The notes beneath the pieces were generated by a model, which ran no database searches, had not been told where the DNA came from, and saw only the letters and a program-made list of their open reading frames with translations. Source: Leucoraja ocellata (taxonomy: Eukaryota). Taken from it: DNA of 64,000 bases. The stretch lies in assembly GCA_036785375.1 (NCBI GenBank), contig JAWMAR010000175.1, forward strand, positions 1,488,001-1,552,000, in the 5' to 3' direction. The position numbers and the translations under genes were made by a program. This document shows, one piece after another, positions 33,901 through 45,900 of this stretch; the stretch's first letter is position 1; each line of letters begins with the position of its first letter.

Positions 33901-36900
33901 CGGCAACCTACGGCCCCCGGGCCGAATGCGGCCCGTAACCCGAAATCATCCGGCCCGCAGATTTCCATCATCTCCGGTACCTCCCGGGCTCGAGGCCGTG
34001 GCGCCCAGGCACAGTGACGCAAGGCGGGCTACACTGGCGGCCGCAATGACGGAGCAACGCCGAGCGACAAGCAGCGCCGGGTGCCGAGCTCTGATTGTAC
34101 AGCATCCTGTGCTGGCGGCCGCCGGCACGGCCACGCACCTTCTGTGTCTGGGCTTTACTGTCGGGATCGGGGTTATCAATAGGCTGGGGACGAGTGAGTG
34201 TGAGTATTTGAGCCACCGCCTTCAGGACAGAGCCAAGTCAATGGTCCATAGGTACGCCATGTTGGTGAGCGCCTGTAACTAGGGGCCAGTGCTCCGGGTG
34301 ACCTCGAAGGGGGGGGGGGGGGGGGGGGGGGAGATCCATGTGTACACGTGATAGATGTGGCCTACTCTCCACTCACAGACATGCCTCCTGGCCCCTATGC
34401 GGAACAAGGTTGCCGACCACTGACCTACACAGTAATGTCCTGATCCAGTAATACTCTGATACAGTAATGTTCTGATATAGTAATACTCAGATACAGTAAT
34501 GTTCTGATATAGTAATACTCAGATACAGTAATATCCTGATACAGTGATGCCATGTTACAATATCGCCCAGATACTGTAATGTCCTGATACTTTAATGCCC
34601 TGCGGGGGAAGTAAATGAAGAGTCACATTGTAACCTATTGTAACAACAAAACAGACTTGGTTTGGATCATTAGTATCAGGCCAGGTCATACTGTTGAAGT
34701 CATGTCAGAAATATTCTAATCAGGATGCTGGTGTGTTTAGAATTACCTTAGACAGAGACTTGTTGCTTGAGTCAGCGGGCAGTCTCCGTGCCAGAGGCTC
34801 CGTTGGGAATGTTCTCTGTAAATGTAAACACGTTGTACTTTAAATTACTTTGTAAAACCGAATTGTTAAAGTGTGCAGAAATAGGGTACAAAGTGCTGTG
34901 TAAGAAAGAACTGCAGGTGCTGGTTTAAATCAAAGGTAGACACAAAATGCTGGAGTAACTCAGTGGGTCAGGCTGCATCTCTGGAGAATATGGATAGGTG
35001 ACGTTTCAGGTCGGGACCATTCTTCAGTGATTGTGGGGGAAGGAAGGAAGGGCCTGGTGAAGATGAGGGAGATTTTTTAACATATGCCCTGATTAACTTT
35101 GTCGTTTCAGATTGATGATTCAGTATTACAAACAGAAAGTTAAACTTGGACACTGCCCGAGACAATGATTCTGGACAGAAATAAAGGATTCTGACATATT
35201 TTAAAATACACAGCCCATTACTGTCCATTTATAATTACCGCTGAGCGGGGCCAGCGGTGACGAGGCAGAAACATGCACAGGTCTGACGTCACAGGTAGAT
35301 CAAGACTCCTGATGCCACGGGAATGTTCGCTCAGAGGGTTCTGACAGACCATAGGTAAACAGCGAATTCTCCAATTTCAGGTAACACTGGTGAGCAATGC
35401 ATTAAACTGATATTGATCATCGATATTAACTTGTTTAAAAATTTGCACAATTGGTCGCATCAGGCACTAAAATAATTAAAAAGTCCTTCCCCCGCCAAAG
35501 CTAAATTTATGGGAAATATTCAAAGCAGGGAGTATTTGAGCAGATACACTGTACTTGCCTGAGATTGCAAGGAAGCCACTTTGACCCAATGCCTCTGGAT
35601 AGATTTCTCCAATCGTTCCTGCTTTTCATTGGATAATGGTGATCTTGCTTTTATTGCTCCTGATGGAATTTGGGGCAGCTGTTCTGCTATATCACATCTG
35701 TGGAAAATCATTAAAGTTACAAGTCCAATTATATTCCTGTGTTGACATATAAATATTGTGTAATGTAAACTGGGGTGGTGGTGGAGGCAGATATGATAAC
35801 TGTTTCAGAGGCCTTTAGATAGGCACAAGGTAGACATAAAATGCTGGAGTAACTCAGCGGGACAGGCAGCATCTCTGGAGTGACTCAGTGGGACAGGCAG
35901 CATCTCTGGAGAGAAGGAATGGGTGACACTTGGGGTCGAGGTCTGAAGAAGGGTCTGGACCCGAAGCGTCACCCATTCCTTCTCTCCAGAGATGCTGCCT
36001 GTCCCACTGAGTCACTCCGGCATTTTGTGCCTACAAGGATATTTTAGTTTGGTTTTAGTTTATTGTTACGTGTACTGAGGCAGAGTAAAAAGCTGTTGCT
36101 GCGTGCTATCCAGTCAGCGGAAAGTCTATACGATTACAGGATATGCAGGAAATGGAGGATGTGGGTTACATGAGGCAGAGGAGATTAGTTTGACTTGATG
36201 TCATGTTCAGCACGGACATTGTGGGCAGAAGGGTCTGTCCCTGTGCCTTACTGTTCTATGTTCTATACACACTAGCTTTAAACACTGGATGAAAACGTCC
36301 CTGCTCGTATCACGACATCTTTGAGCTTGCCAACCTTTACACTAATGGGCAGAGTTCCTCACATTCATGTTGCCGGGTCCCAATATATCCTTCTATCAAT
36401 GGGACATGTGGCAAATGGAACTAGCTTAGATGAGGCATCTTGGGCCGAACAGCCTGTTTCCGTGCTGTGTGACTATCAAATCACCTTTCCATCCTCTCTG
36501 CTCCAAGGAGAACATCTATGCTTCCCAGCTTATTTTTTTCATTTCAAGGGACACTCCAATAAGTAGAAACAAGCAACTACAGATGATGGATGGGTTACAC
36601 AAAAGAACACAGAGTGCTGGAGTAACTCAGTGGGTCAGGCAGCATCTTTGGAGAACATGGGGAAGTGATGTTTCAGGTCAGGACCCTTCTTCAGTCGAAT
36701 TAGTCTTATCTGCAGTATCTGTTGTGTACCTTATTTCTACAGTTCCACACTGACACTATCCTACACATTAGTGACAATTTTACAACATAGCAAATCAAAT
36801 AAACCCAAACATCTGTACATGTTTGGAATGTGGAAGGAAATCAGAGCACCCGAAGAAAACTCGTACAGTCACAGGGAGAATGTCCAATCTCCGCACAGTC

Positions 36901-39900
36901 AGATTGAACATGGATGTCTGGGGCTTTAAGGCAGCAACTCTACCGCAGCACCACTGTGCCGCCCTAATACTAATTATTACTGATAAGGAGGCAATTGTGA
37001 CCCAAATAAAATCATGAATTTGCCATATGTATTTTACACTTTATATTAATGTTTTTATTAATAAACCATTCCAAACTTTGACTGAAATGTCCTCGACCTA
37101 CCGATTTTGTTGTGGATTTTGGTTCATGGAGCAGATCCAAGGGTCAGGCAGTTCTCTGTCATCCACATCCAGGTTAGATGGTAACACTCTCCAACGTAGG
37201 CACAGGTCTGACACAAATTACACAAAAATAAACATATAAAAATAAAATATCTTCAGCTAAAGAATAATATGGAATTTTATTTTTAAATACAACCAGTGCA
37301 CAAGTCTTTTTAAATTCAAATAGCAGATGGCTTTCAAAGGCCAGACCTACATTTGTTGTCAATCCTTGTATATTCCACGGAGATAACTTGTTGAAACAAT
37401 GCATATTATATGGTTATATGTTATATGGTTATATAATTCCACCCGGAGAAGGTGCTGAGAGACATGGAATCCCAGCATTTTGGCCCAGACACTAAATTAT
37501 AAACCACTAAACCAGAATGATAGGAACAAATTCTACGGTGTTGTAAATAAACAACTAACGGGTTAAACCATGGACAACAGCATCCCATATGTATAATTTG
37601 CACTACTAGAGCATGTCACCTGCTAATCGATGGGCAAACTCTCACACTTACACTTCCATTTTACCCCACCTAAAATTGTGCATAGAAAGGGTTACAGTCA
37701 CAGTGTCATACAGCATGGAAACAGACCCTTCGGCCCAACTCCTCCATGCTGACCAAGATGCCCCATCTAAGCTTGTTGCATTTGCCTGTGTTTGGCTCAT
37801 ATACCTGGCTCGTATACCTCTAAACCTTTCCTATCCATGTCCCCACCCACGTGTCTTTTAGATGTTGTAATGGTAGCTGCCTCAACTACCTGCTCTAGCA
37901 GCTTGCTCCATAAACCCACCACCCTCTGTGCGAAAAACATGTAAAACAGATGACATATAATAATGTCTAACATGTAAAACAAGTAGGTAGAAAGTGTATT
38001 GGGATGGGACCAGGAGTAATATCTAATAGTTTAGACCATTCACCGATCTCATCTTCCTGAGGTTGTGTATCTGGTATTTACTGTATTTACTATGTGGGTA
38101 GTTTTATAATTCTGATAGTATGGTGTAATCTGTTGACTTTCTCTCTCTCGATCCACACCCAGTAGATACTTGCCGCACTGCACAGTGAGTGGGATCTCCG
38201 CAGCCCGCCTCCTCCTATACTGGACTGCAGGAGATGGTGGCCAGCTCCAGTTGGTCGACACGTATCCAAACTCACTCCAGAACTTTGCAATCCCAGCCCG
38301 AGCTGAAAGCACATCGACATAGACCGTTAGGGTCACTAAACTTAGGAGTTGATTTACCAGAAATAACCACTGCAGTAATTGAACACAGAACCATTGCATG
38401 TTATATTGCATTTTTCTGCTGTCAACCCAGAGCATTTTTTGAAGACAAAAAGGTGTCACTATGCATAATGTTCCTTTTTTACCCTTTTTCTCCTGAGAAG
38501 CTGCCAGGCCCACTGATTTACTCCAGCACTTTGTGTCTATCTTTGGTATAAACCAGTATCTGCAGTTCTTTGTTTCTACAGTTCTACAAGTTGTTTGAGG
38601 GCCTGAATGGCATATTTAATTATTACATTTCTAGTTTTCGGGCAGAATACAAACATTTTAAAGGACACTGGTGCATTTTATCCATTGATAAACAGGTGAA
38701 TGGAGCAGAAATAGGCCATTCGGCCCATCCAGTCTACTCCGCCATTGAAGCATGGCTGGTCTCTCTCTCCTAACCCCATTCTCCTGCCTTCTCCCCATAA
38801 CGCCTGACACCCGTACTAATCAAAAATCTATCCAACTCTTGCCTTAAAAATATCCATTGACTTGGCCTCCCCAGCCTTCTGTGGCAATGAATTGTACAGA
38901 TTCACCACCCTCTGACTAAAAGAGGTAGCACGGTTCTTACCAATGTCTAGGCCCTTCCAGTACTGCCGCAAACACTGCCCCATAACTCTCAGTAAGCTGT
39001 GGTATTCTCTGGCATCTGCAAAGTCTTGTTTGTTATGAGTTGGTTCCATCATTGCACTGGGCACGTTGACCACACCCACGACACCACCGCTAGACCTGAG
39101 GAAGGGACAGAGACAATGTCCGGTTGAACGCATGGTCAGCCCAACAGTCAACTAAACGCAAGACACAACTTACTACAACTCTTAGAAACATTTAGGCCGA
39201 TTTATGGATAGAAAGGGTGGAGAGAGATATGGGCCAGTTCAGGCAAATGGGACTGGCCCACAAGGGCCTGTTTCCATGCTGTGCAGCCCAGTGATAACAG
39301 ATAAAACAAAATGGAAGAAATTCCTGCCTGACCTTTTATAAATATATTTATATTTTCCCGTTTAAAACAATAACCACTCTTTTTGTCATTCTGTTGCAAA
39401 TCCTCACATTTTTAAAGGTTTATTTAAAATAAATAGTTCTGATGTTATACAAAAAACAGAGTGCTGGAGGAACTCAGGAGGTGAGGCACATCTGTGGAGG
39501 GAATGGACCTACGACGTTTTGGGCTGGAAGGAACCGTTCTTCATTCTGAAGAATAGTCCCAACCCGAAATGTCGCCCGTCCATTCCCTCCACAGATGCTG
39601 CCTGACCCGCTGAGTTCCTCCAGCACTATGTCAAGGTTTCAAGGTCACTTTATTGTCACATGTACCAATTAAAGGTACAGTGAAATTCAAATTACCATGC
39701 AGCCATACTAAAAAAAAAAGCAACGAGACGCACAACTACATAAAAGTTAACATAAACATCCACCACAGCTGATTCCCCACATTCCTCACTGTGATGGAAG
39801 GCAATAAAGTCTAATATTCTTCCTCTTTTATTCTCCTGCGGTCGGGGCAGTCGAAGCCCCCGTGTCGAGGCGGTCGAAGCTCCTGTGGTTTGGAGTTCCC

Positions 39901-42900
39901 GAAGTCGGTCTCAAACCAGTGACCGCGGGCTCCGTGATGTTAAAGTCCGCAGGCCCCCACGGTTGGAGCTCTCGAGGTCGGTCTCCAGCAGAGCCGCTAA
40001 CTCCTCGATGTTAGGCCGCAATGCGGACGGAGATACGATACGGGAAAAAAAATCGCATCTCCCTCGGGATAGTAGATTAGAAATGTAAAAAAAACTAAAT
40101 AACAGTAAAAACATACATTTAACACATTCAACCAAACATCAAAAAGAAGGAAGGGGCAGACAGATTGTTGGCGAGGCAGCCATTGCCGCCACCACCCAGT
40201 GGACAAGATTCTAGCATCTGCATTTCATTGTATCTTCAGTTCTGATAATACTCTGGCCTGATACCTTAACCCACGGTCCAGCTGGACTCCAATTCTTTTG
40301 TACATTTGATGAGGCGATAGTTGTTGTAAATGAACATCCCATCACAGTTCCTATTCTCGATGTTCACTCCGAAAATAAAAGTCAGATTATTTGGCTTTTT
40401 CAGTGCTCTGTGAATAAGAAGTCAGGCAGTTAGGTGCAGGTCAATTCACAAGAGCTGTTCACAACGCCTCGGAAAATGGTGGGTCCAGAGAGACTTTAAC
40501 ACGTCCATAAATGACGACCTGCACACAGGTTGAGAGGACAGTAATTGGAAGAGAATGACCACTGGCCTATGCTGGGCAGACCCTCAGCTTGGGGGGGGTG
40601 TGTGGGGGTGGGTGACTCGCCACTCGGTCTGGTGGACAACAAATCCAAGGTTGATCTGCAGGTTCTTTCACAGAGGGGGCAGGAGCCGGTGGTGGGACGG
40701 GCGGGAGAGGTTCATGAGAGGCGCACTCCCTACGCTGGGCACCAAACCACAACAGCCGCTGGCCATGTGCACACTCCCCCCACAACACCATGGCAGTGGG
40801 ATGACAGACCGGCCACAAGATCAGCTCCAGCACAACACGCACAGTACTGGGGGAACTCAGCGGGTCAGGCTTCATCTGGGGACGGGGACAGAAGGAGGGG
40901 GGTGGAGAGAGGGCGTTGATGGGCTTGTGGGGAGAATAAAGTAGGTCAGGGTAGTGCTGAATGGACGGCATGGGCAAGGTGGGCCAAAGGGGTTGATTAT
41001 GTATCTCTTTGACTATTATTTACAAAGCAGACATAAAGCTAAATACCATTACCTCAGTTTTTCTTGATACAGTTTCTTCTTTCTCTCTACATCCTTCTGT
41101 GAGTCTGATAATTTAGTAACAGCTTTGGCAAGTTGAAGCTTATTCTGGAAAGGAACAACGTTAGAAATCAAAAGAAATGATACTTCATTTTAAGCAAGTT
41201 ATGACATCTAAAGATCAACTTTTTTTTGAAGGAGCATTATTGTAATAGAATTCTTAACCAAAACCAAACATAAACAATCTACTTTGCAGCTATTCAGAAT
41301 TCAACTATTGTCAAGTTTTCAAAATATGAAATTTCAGGTAATGTTTAGTGAATTCTCAACGGACTTGCACTAAAGCACGAAACACTGTCCAATGAAAAAT
41401 CCTCTTCGAGAGCCACACACGGTTTCCCAGCAACCATTAGTTCTTGAACATCACACAATAACTACGATCTTCTATGGGCACAAAAAAAAGAAAGTGCTGG
41501 AGTAACTCCGCAGGTCAGGTAGCATCATTGGAGAACATGGATAGGTGACGTTTCAGCTCGGGACACTTCTTCGGGATGATTGGTGTGGTGGGGGGGGGGG
41601 GGGGAGAGAAAGCTGGAGCAGAGGTGGGACAAGGCCTGGAGAGTGATAGGTGGATACAGGTGAGGGGGGTTTTGAGAGGCAGAAGGTTGAACAAAGGCCA
41701 GAGATGAATAGACAAAAAGCTGTGAGATAAGGATTTCTATGACTGAGAAAGGAATAGAGGAGGAAGAGGAAAACATAGAAACATAGAAATTAGGTGCAGG
41801 AGTAGGCCATTCGTCCCTTCGAGCCTGCACCGCCATTCAATATGATCATGGCTGATCATCCAACTCAGTATCCCGTACCTGACTTCTCTCCATACCCCCT
41901 GATCCCCTTAGCCACAAGGGCCACATCTAACTCCCTCTTAAATATAGCCAATGAACTGGCCTCAACTACCCTCTGTGGCAGAGAGTTCCAGAGATTCACC
42001 ACTCTCTGTGTGAAAAAAGTTCTTCTCATCTCAGTTTAAAGGATTTCCCCTTTATCCTTAAGCTGTGACCCCTTGTCCTGGACTTCCCTAACATCGGGAA
42101 CAATCTTCCTGCATCTAGCCTGTCCAACCCCTTAAGAATTTTGTAAGTTTCTATAAGATCCCCTCTCAATCTTCTAAATTCTAGAGAGTATAAACCAAGT
42201 CTATCCAGTCTTTCTTCATAAGACAGTCCTGACATCCCAGGAATCAGTCTGGTGAACCGTCTCTGCACTCCCTCTATGGCAATGGAGGGGGAAGGGGAGA
42301 AATAGGTGCAAGGCCAAGTGGAGCACAGGAGGAAGAGGAGGAAAGGAAGTAGTAGGAGGGGTTGTGGCAGTTTACGATAGCTATGTAAAGTTGAAGAATT
42401 CAATGTTCATACGTATGGGTTGAAAGCTACTCAAGTGGAATATGAGGTGCTATTCCTCCAGGTTGTGTGTGGCATCACTCTGGCAATGGATGAGGCCCAG
42501 GACAGTGCGGCAATGGGAAGGGCAGTTAAAATGGTTGGGAACTGGGAGACCCAGCAGGCCATGATGGTCTGTGTCTGTGATTGCTCGATGGACTTAGTTT
42601 TGCACTATCATAGTTACCTTTTATTACAGTAATTAATGTATTCATTATTACAACTAATTATCTGTGTGTTATTGCTATAACCGGCTTGTTAATCTGCAGC
42701 AAGTAAAAATGTCAGTGTTCTGTCGCTGGTACATATGACAATTAAATACTCTGGACTATATCAGCACAGCATTGGACCATGTTAACATCATGGCAACTGG
42801 TCTTGAGGTCTTTTCATGCAAGAGGCTGTACGCAAATGTCACAAGTCCAGCCCTGGTGCAGCAAATATTTTGAGGAGCCCTTGACAGAGTTATCTGAAGC

Positions 42901-45900
42901 TGATAATCAATATCTTAACATTTTTACTTCTGCAAAATCCACAAGACTGGATTGCCAATGTGTTGGTGGTAATCTCAGGAGCAGCTTCTTCCCCTCAGTT
43001 ATCAGGCTTCTGAATAGTTCTTCCATGAGCTATGGTACTGTCCGATTCATTGGACTTTGTCATAGATGTCATTGAATCAAACAGTGTGAAAACAGACCCC
43101 TCAGCCCAACTTGCCCGCACTGACCAACATGTCCCACTGACCTACTGGTCCCACTTGCCTGCATTTAGCCTATATCCCTCTAAACTTGTCCTATCCATGT
43201 ACCTGTCTAATTGCACCTTAAATGTTGTGATAGTCCATGCCTCAGCAACCTCCTCTGGCAGCTTGTTCCATACACCCACCACCCTTTGTGTGAAAAGGTT
43301 ACCCCTCAGATTCCTTTAAAATATTTCTCCCATCAACTTAAACCTTTGCCCTAGTTCTCAATTCCCCCATTCTGGGCAAGAGACTTTGTGCTCCCACCCA
43401 ATCTATTCCTCTCATGATTTTTTACACCTCTATAAGATCTGTTTATGAACTGATGCACTACAATGCTGAGGACTATATTCTGCACTCTGAATTTGTCCCT
43501 TTTGCTCTACCTATTATACCTGAGTTTGGCTTCAAAATATTTATGTACTACTAGACCAAGTGGGACCCAATGGGTCCCATTCGCTCAACGCAGGTTGGGG
43601 AGTTGGGGGGGGGGGGGGGGGGGGGGGCTGCGACGTCACACACACACACTAACCACCCCCCATATTATATTAATATTATTAATTCACTCCCTATCCATTC
43701 CCGCCCTATCCACTCACGCATGGCCCCCAACTGGTGCGTTTAGACAGGGAGAAGGAGGGGGGTAGAGAGAGAGGGCAGAGAGAGAGGGGGCAGAGACAGA
43801 GAGAGATGGGCAGAGACAGACAGAAGGGCAGAGAACAGGGAGAGAGGGGCAGAGACGGAGAGAGAGGGGCTGAGCCGGAGAGAGAGGGGCAGAGACAGAG
43901 AGAGAGGGGCAGAGACGGAGAGAGAGGGGCAGAGACGGAGAGAGAAACAGAGAGAGACGAAGAGAGGGGGAGAGAGGGGGGGAGAGCAGGCTATTTTAGA
44001 CTGGGTATTGAGTAATGAGGAAGGGTTAGTTAGCAATCTTGTTGTACGTGCCCCTTGGGCAAGAGTGACCATAATATGGTTGAGTTCTTCATTAGGATGG
44101 AGAGTGACATTGTTAATTCAGAAACAATGGTTCTGAACTTAAAGAAAGGTAACTTTGAGGGTATGAGACGTGAATTGGCCAAGATTGACTGGCAATTAAT
44201 TCTAAAAGGGTTGACGGTGGATATGCAATGGAAGACATTTAAAGACTGCATGGATGAACTACAAAAATTGTTCATCCCAGTTTGGCAAAATAATAAATCA
44301 GGGAAGTTAGTACATCCATGGATAACAAGGGAAATCAGGGATAGTATCAAAGTGAAGGATGATGCGTACAAATTAGTCAGACAAAGCAGCATACCGGAGG
44401 ACTGGGAGAAATTCAAAGACCAGCAGAGGAGGACAAAGGCTTAATTAGGAAAGGAAAAATAGATTATGAAAGAAAACTGGCAGGGAACATAAAAACTGAC
44501 TGCAAAAGTTTTTATAGATATGTGAAAAGAAAGAGATTAGTTAAAACAAATGTAGGTCCCTTGCAGTCAGAAACAGGTGAGTTGGCGGACCAATTGAATA
44601 ACTACTTTGGTTCCGTCTTCACTAAGGAAGACATAAATAATTTGCCGGAAATAGCAGGGGACCGCGGGTCAAAGGAGTTGGAGGAATTGAGTGAAATCCA
44701 GGTTAGCCGGGAAGTGGTGTTGGGTAAATTGAATGGATTAAAGGCCGATAAATCCCCAGGGCCAGATAGGCTGCATCCCAGAGTACTTAAGGAAGTAGCT
44801 CCAGAAATAGTGGATGCATTAGTAATAATCTTTCAAAACTCTTTAGATTCTGGAGTAGTTCCTGAGGATTGGCGGGTAGCAAACGTAACCCCACTTTTTA
44901 AGAAGGGAGGGAGAGAGAAAACGGGGAATTACAGACCAGTTAGTCTAACATCGGTAGTGGGGAAACTGCTAGAGTCAGTTATTAAAGATGGGATAGCAGC
45001 ACATTTGGAAAGTGGTGAAATCATTGGACAAAGTCAGCATGGATTTACGAAAGGTAAATCATGTCTGACGAATCTTATAGAATTTTTCGAGGATGTAACT
45101 AGTAGCGTGGATAGGGGAGAACCAGTGGATGTGGTGTATCTGGACTTCCAGAAGGCTTTCGACAAGGTCCCACATAAGAGATTAGTATACAAACTTAAAG
45201 CACAAGGCATTGGGGGTTCAGTATTGATGTGGATAGAGAACTGGCTGGCAAACTGAACAAAGAGTAGGAGTAAACGGGTCCTTTTCACAATGGCAGGCAG
45301 TGACTAGTGGGGTACCCCAAGGCTCAGTACTGGGACCCCAGCTATTTACAATATATATTAATGATCTGGATGAGGGAATTGAAGGCAATATCTCCAAGTT
45401 TGCGGATGACACTAAGCTGGGGGGCAGTGTTAGCTGTGAGGAGGATGCTAGGAGACTGCAAGGTGACTTGGATAGGCTGGGTGAGTGGGCAAATGTTTGG
45501 CAGATGCAGTATAATGTGGATAAATGTGAGGTTATCCATTTTGGTGGCAAAAACGGGAAAGCAGACTATTATCTAAATGGTGGCCGATTGGGAAAGGGGA
45601 AGATGCAGCGGTACCTGAGTGTCATGGTACACCAGTCATTGAAGGTAGGCATGCAGGTGCAGCAGGCAGTAAAGAAAGCGAATGGTATGTTAGCTTTCAT
45701 TGCAAAAGGATTTGAGTATAGGAGCAGGGAGGTTCTACTGCAGTTGTACAGGGTCTTGGTGAGACCACACTTGGAGTATTGTGTACAGTTTTGGTCTCCA
45801 AATCTGAGGAAGGACATTATTGCCATAGAGGGAGTACAGAGAAGGTTCACCAGACTGATTCCTGGGATGTCAGGACTGTCTTATGAAGAAAGACTGGATA

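Noticed and set aside
33926-34282. GC-rich ORFs as genes or a CpG-island promoter (also 50064-50775)
   Set aside because: They lie inside transposon-derived sequence, show no recognisable domain and have overlapping ORFs in several frames.
43734-44072. Arg/Glu/Gly-rich and Ser/Leu-rich ORFs (also Pro-rich 49471-49955)
   Set aside because: They are translations of purine microsatellites.
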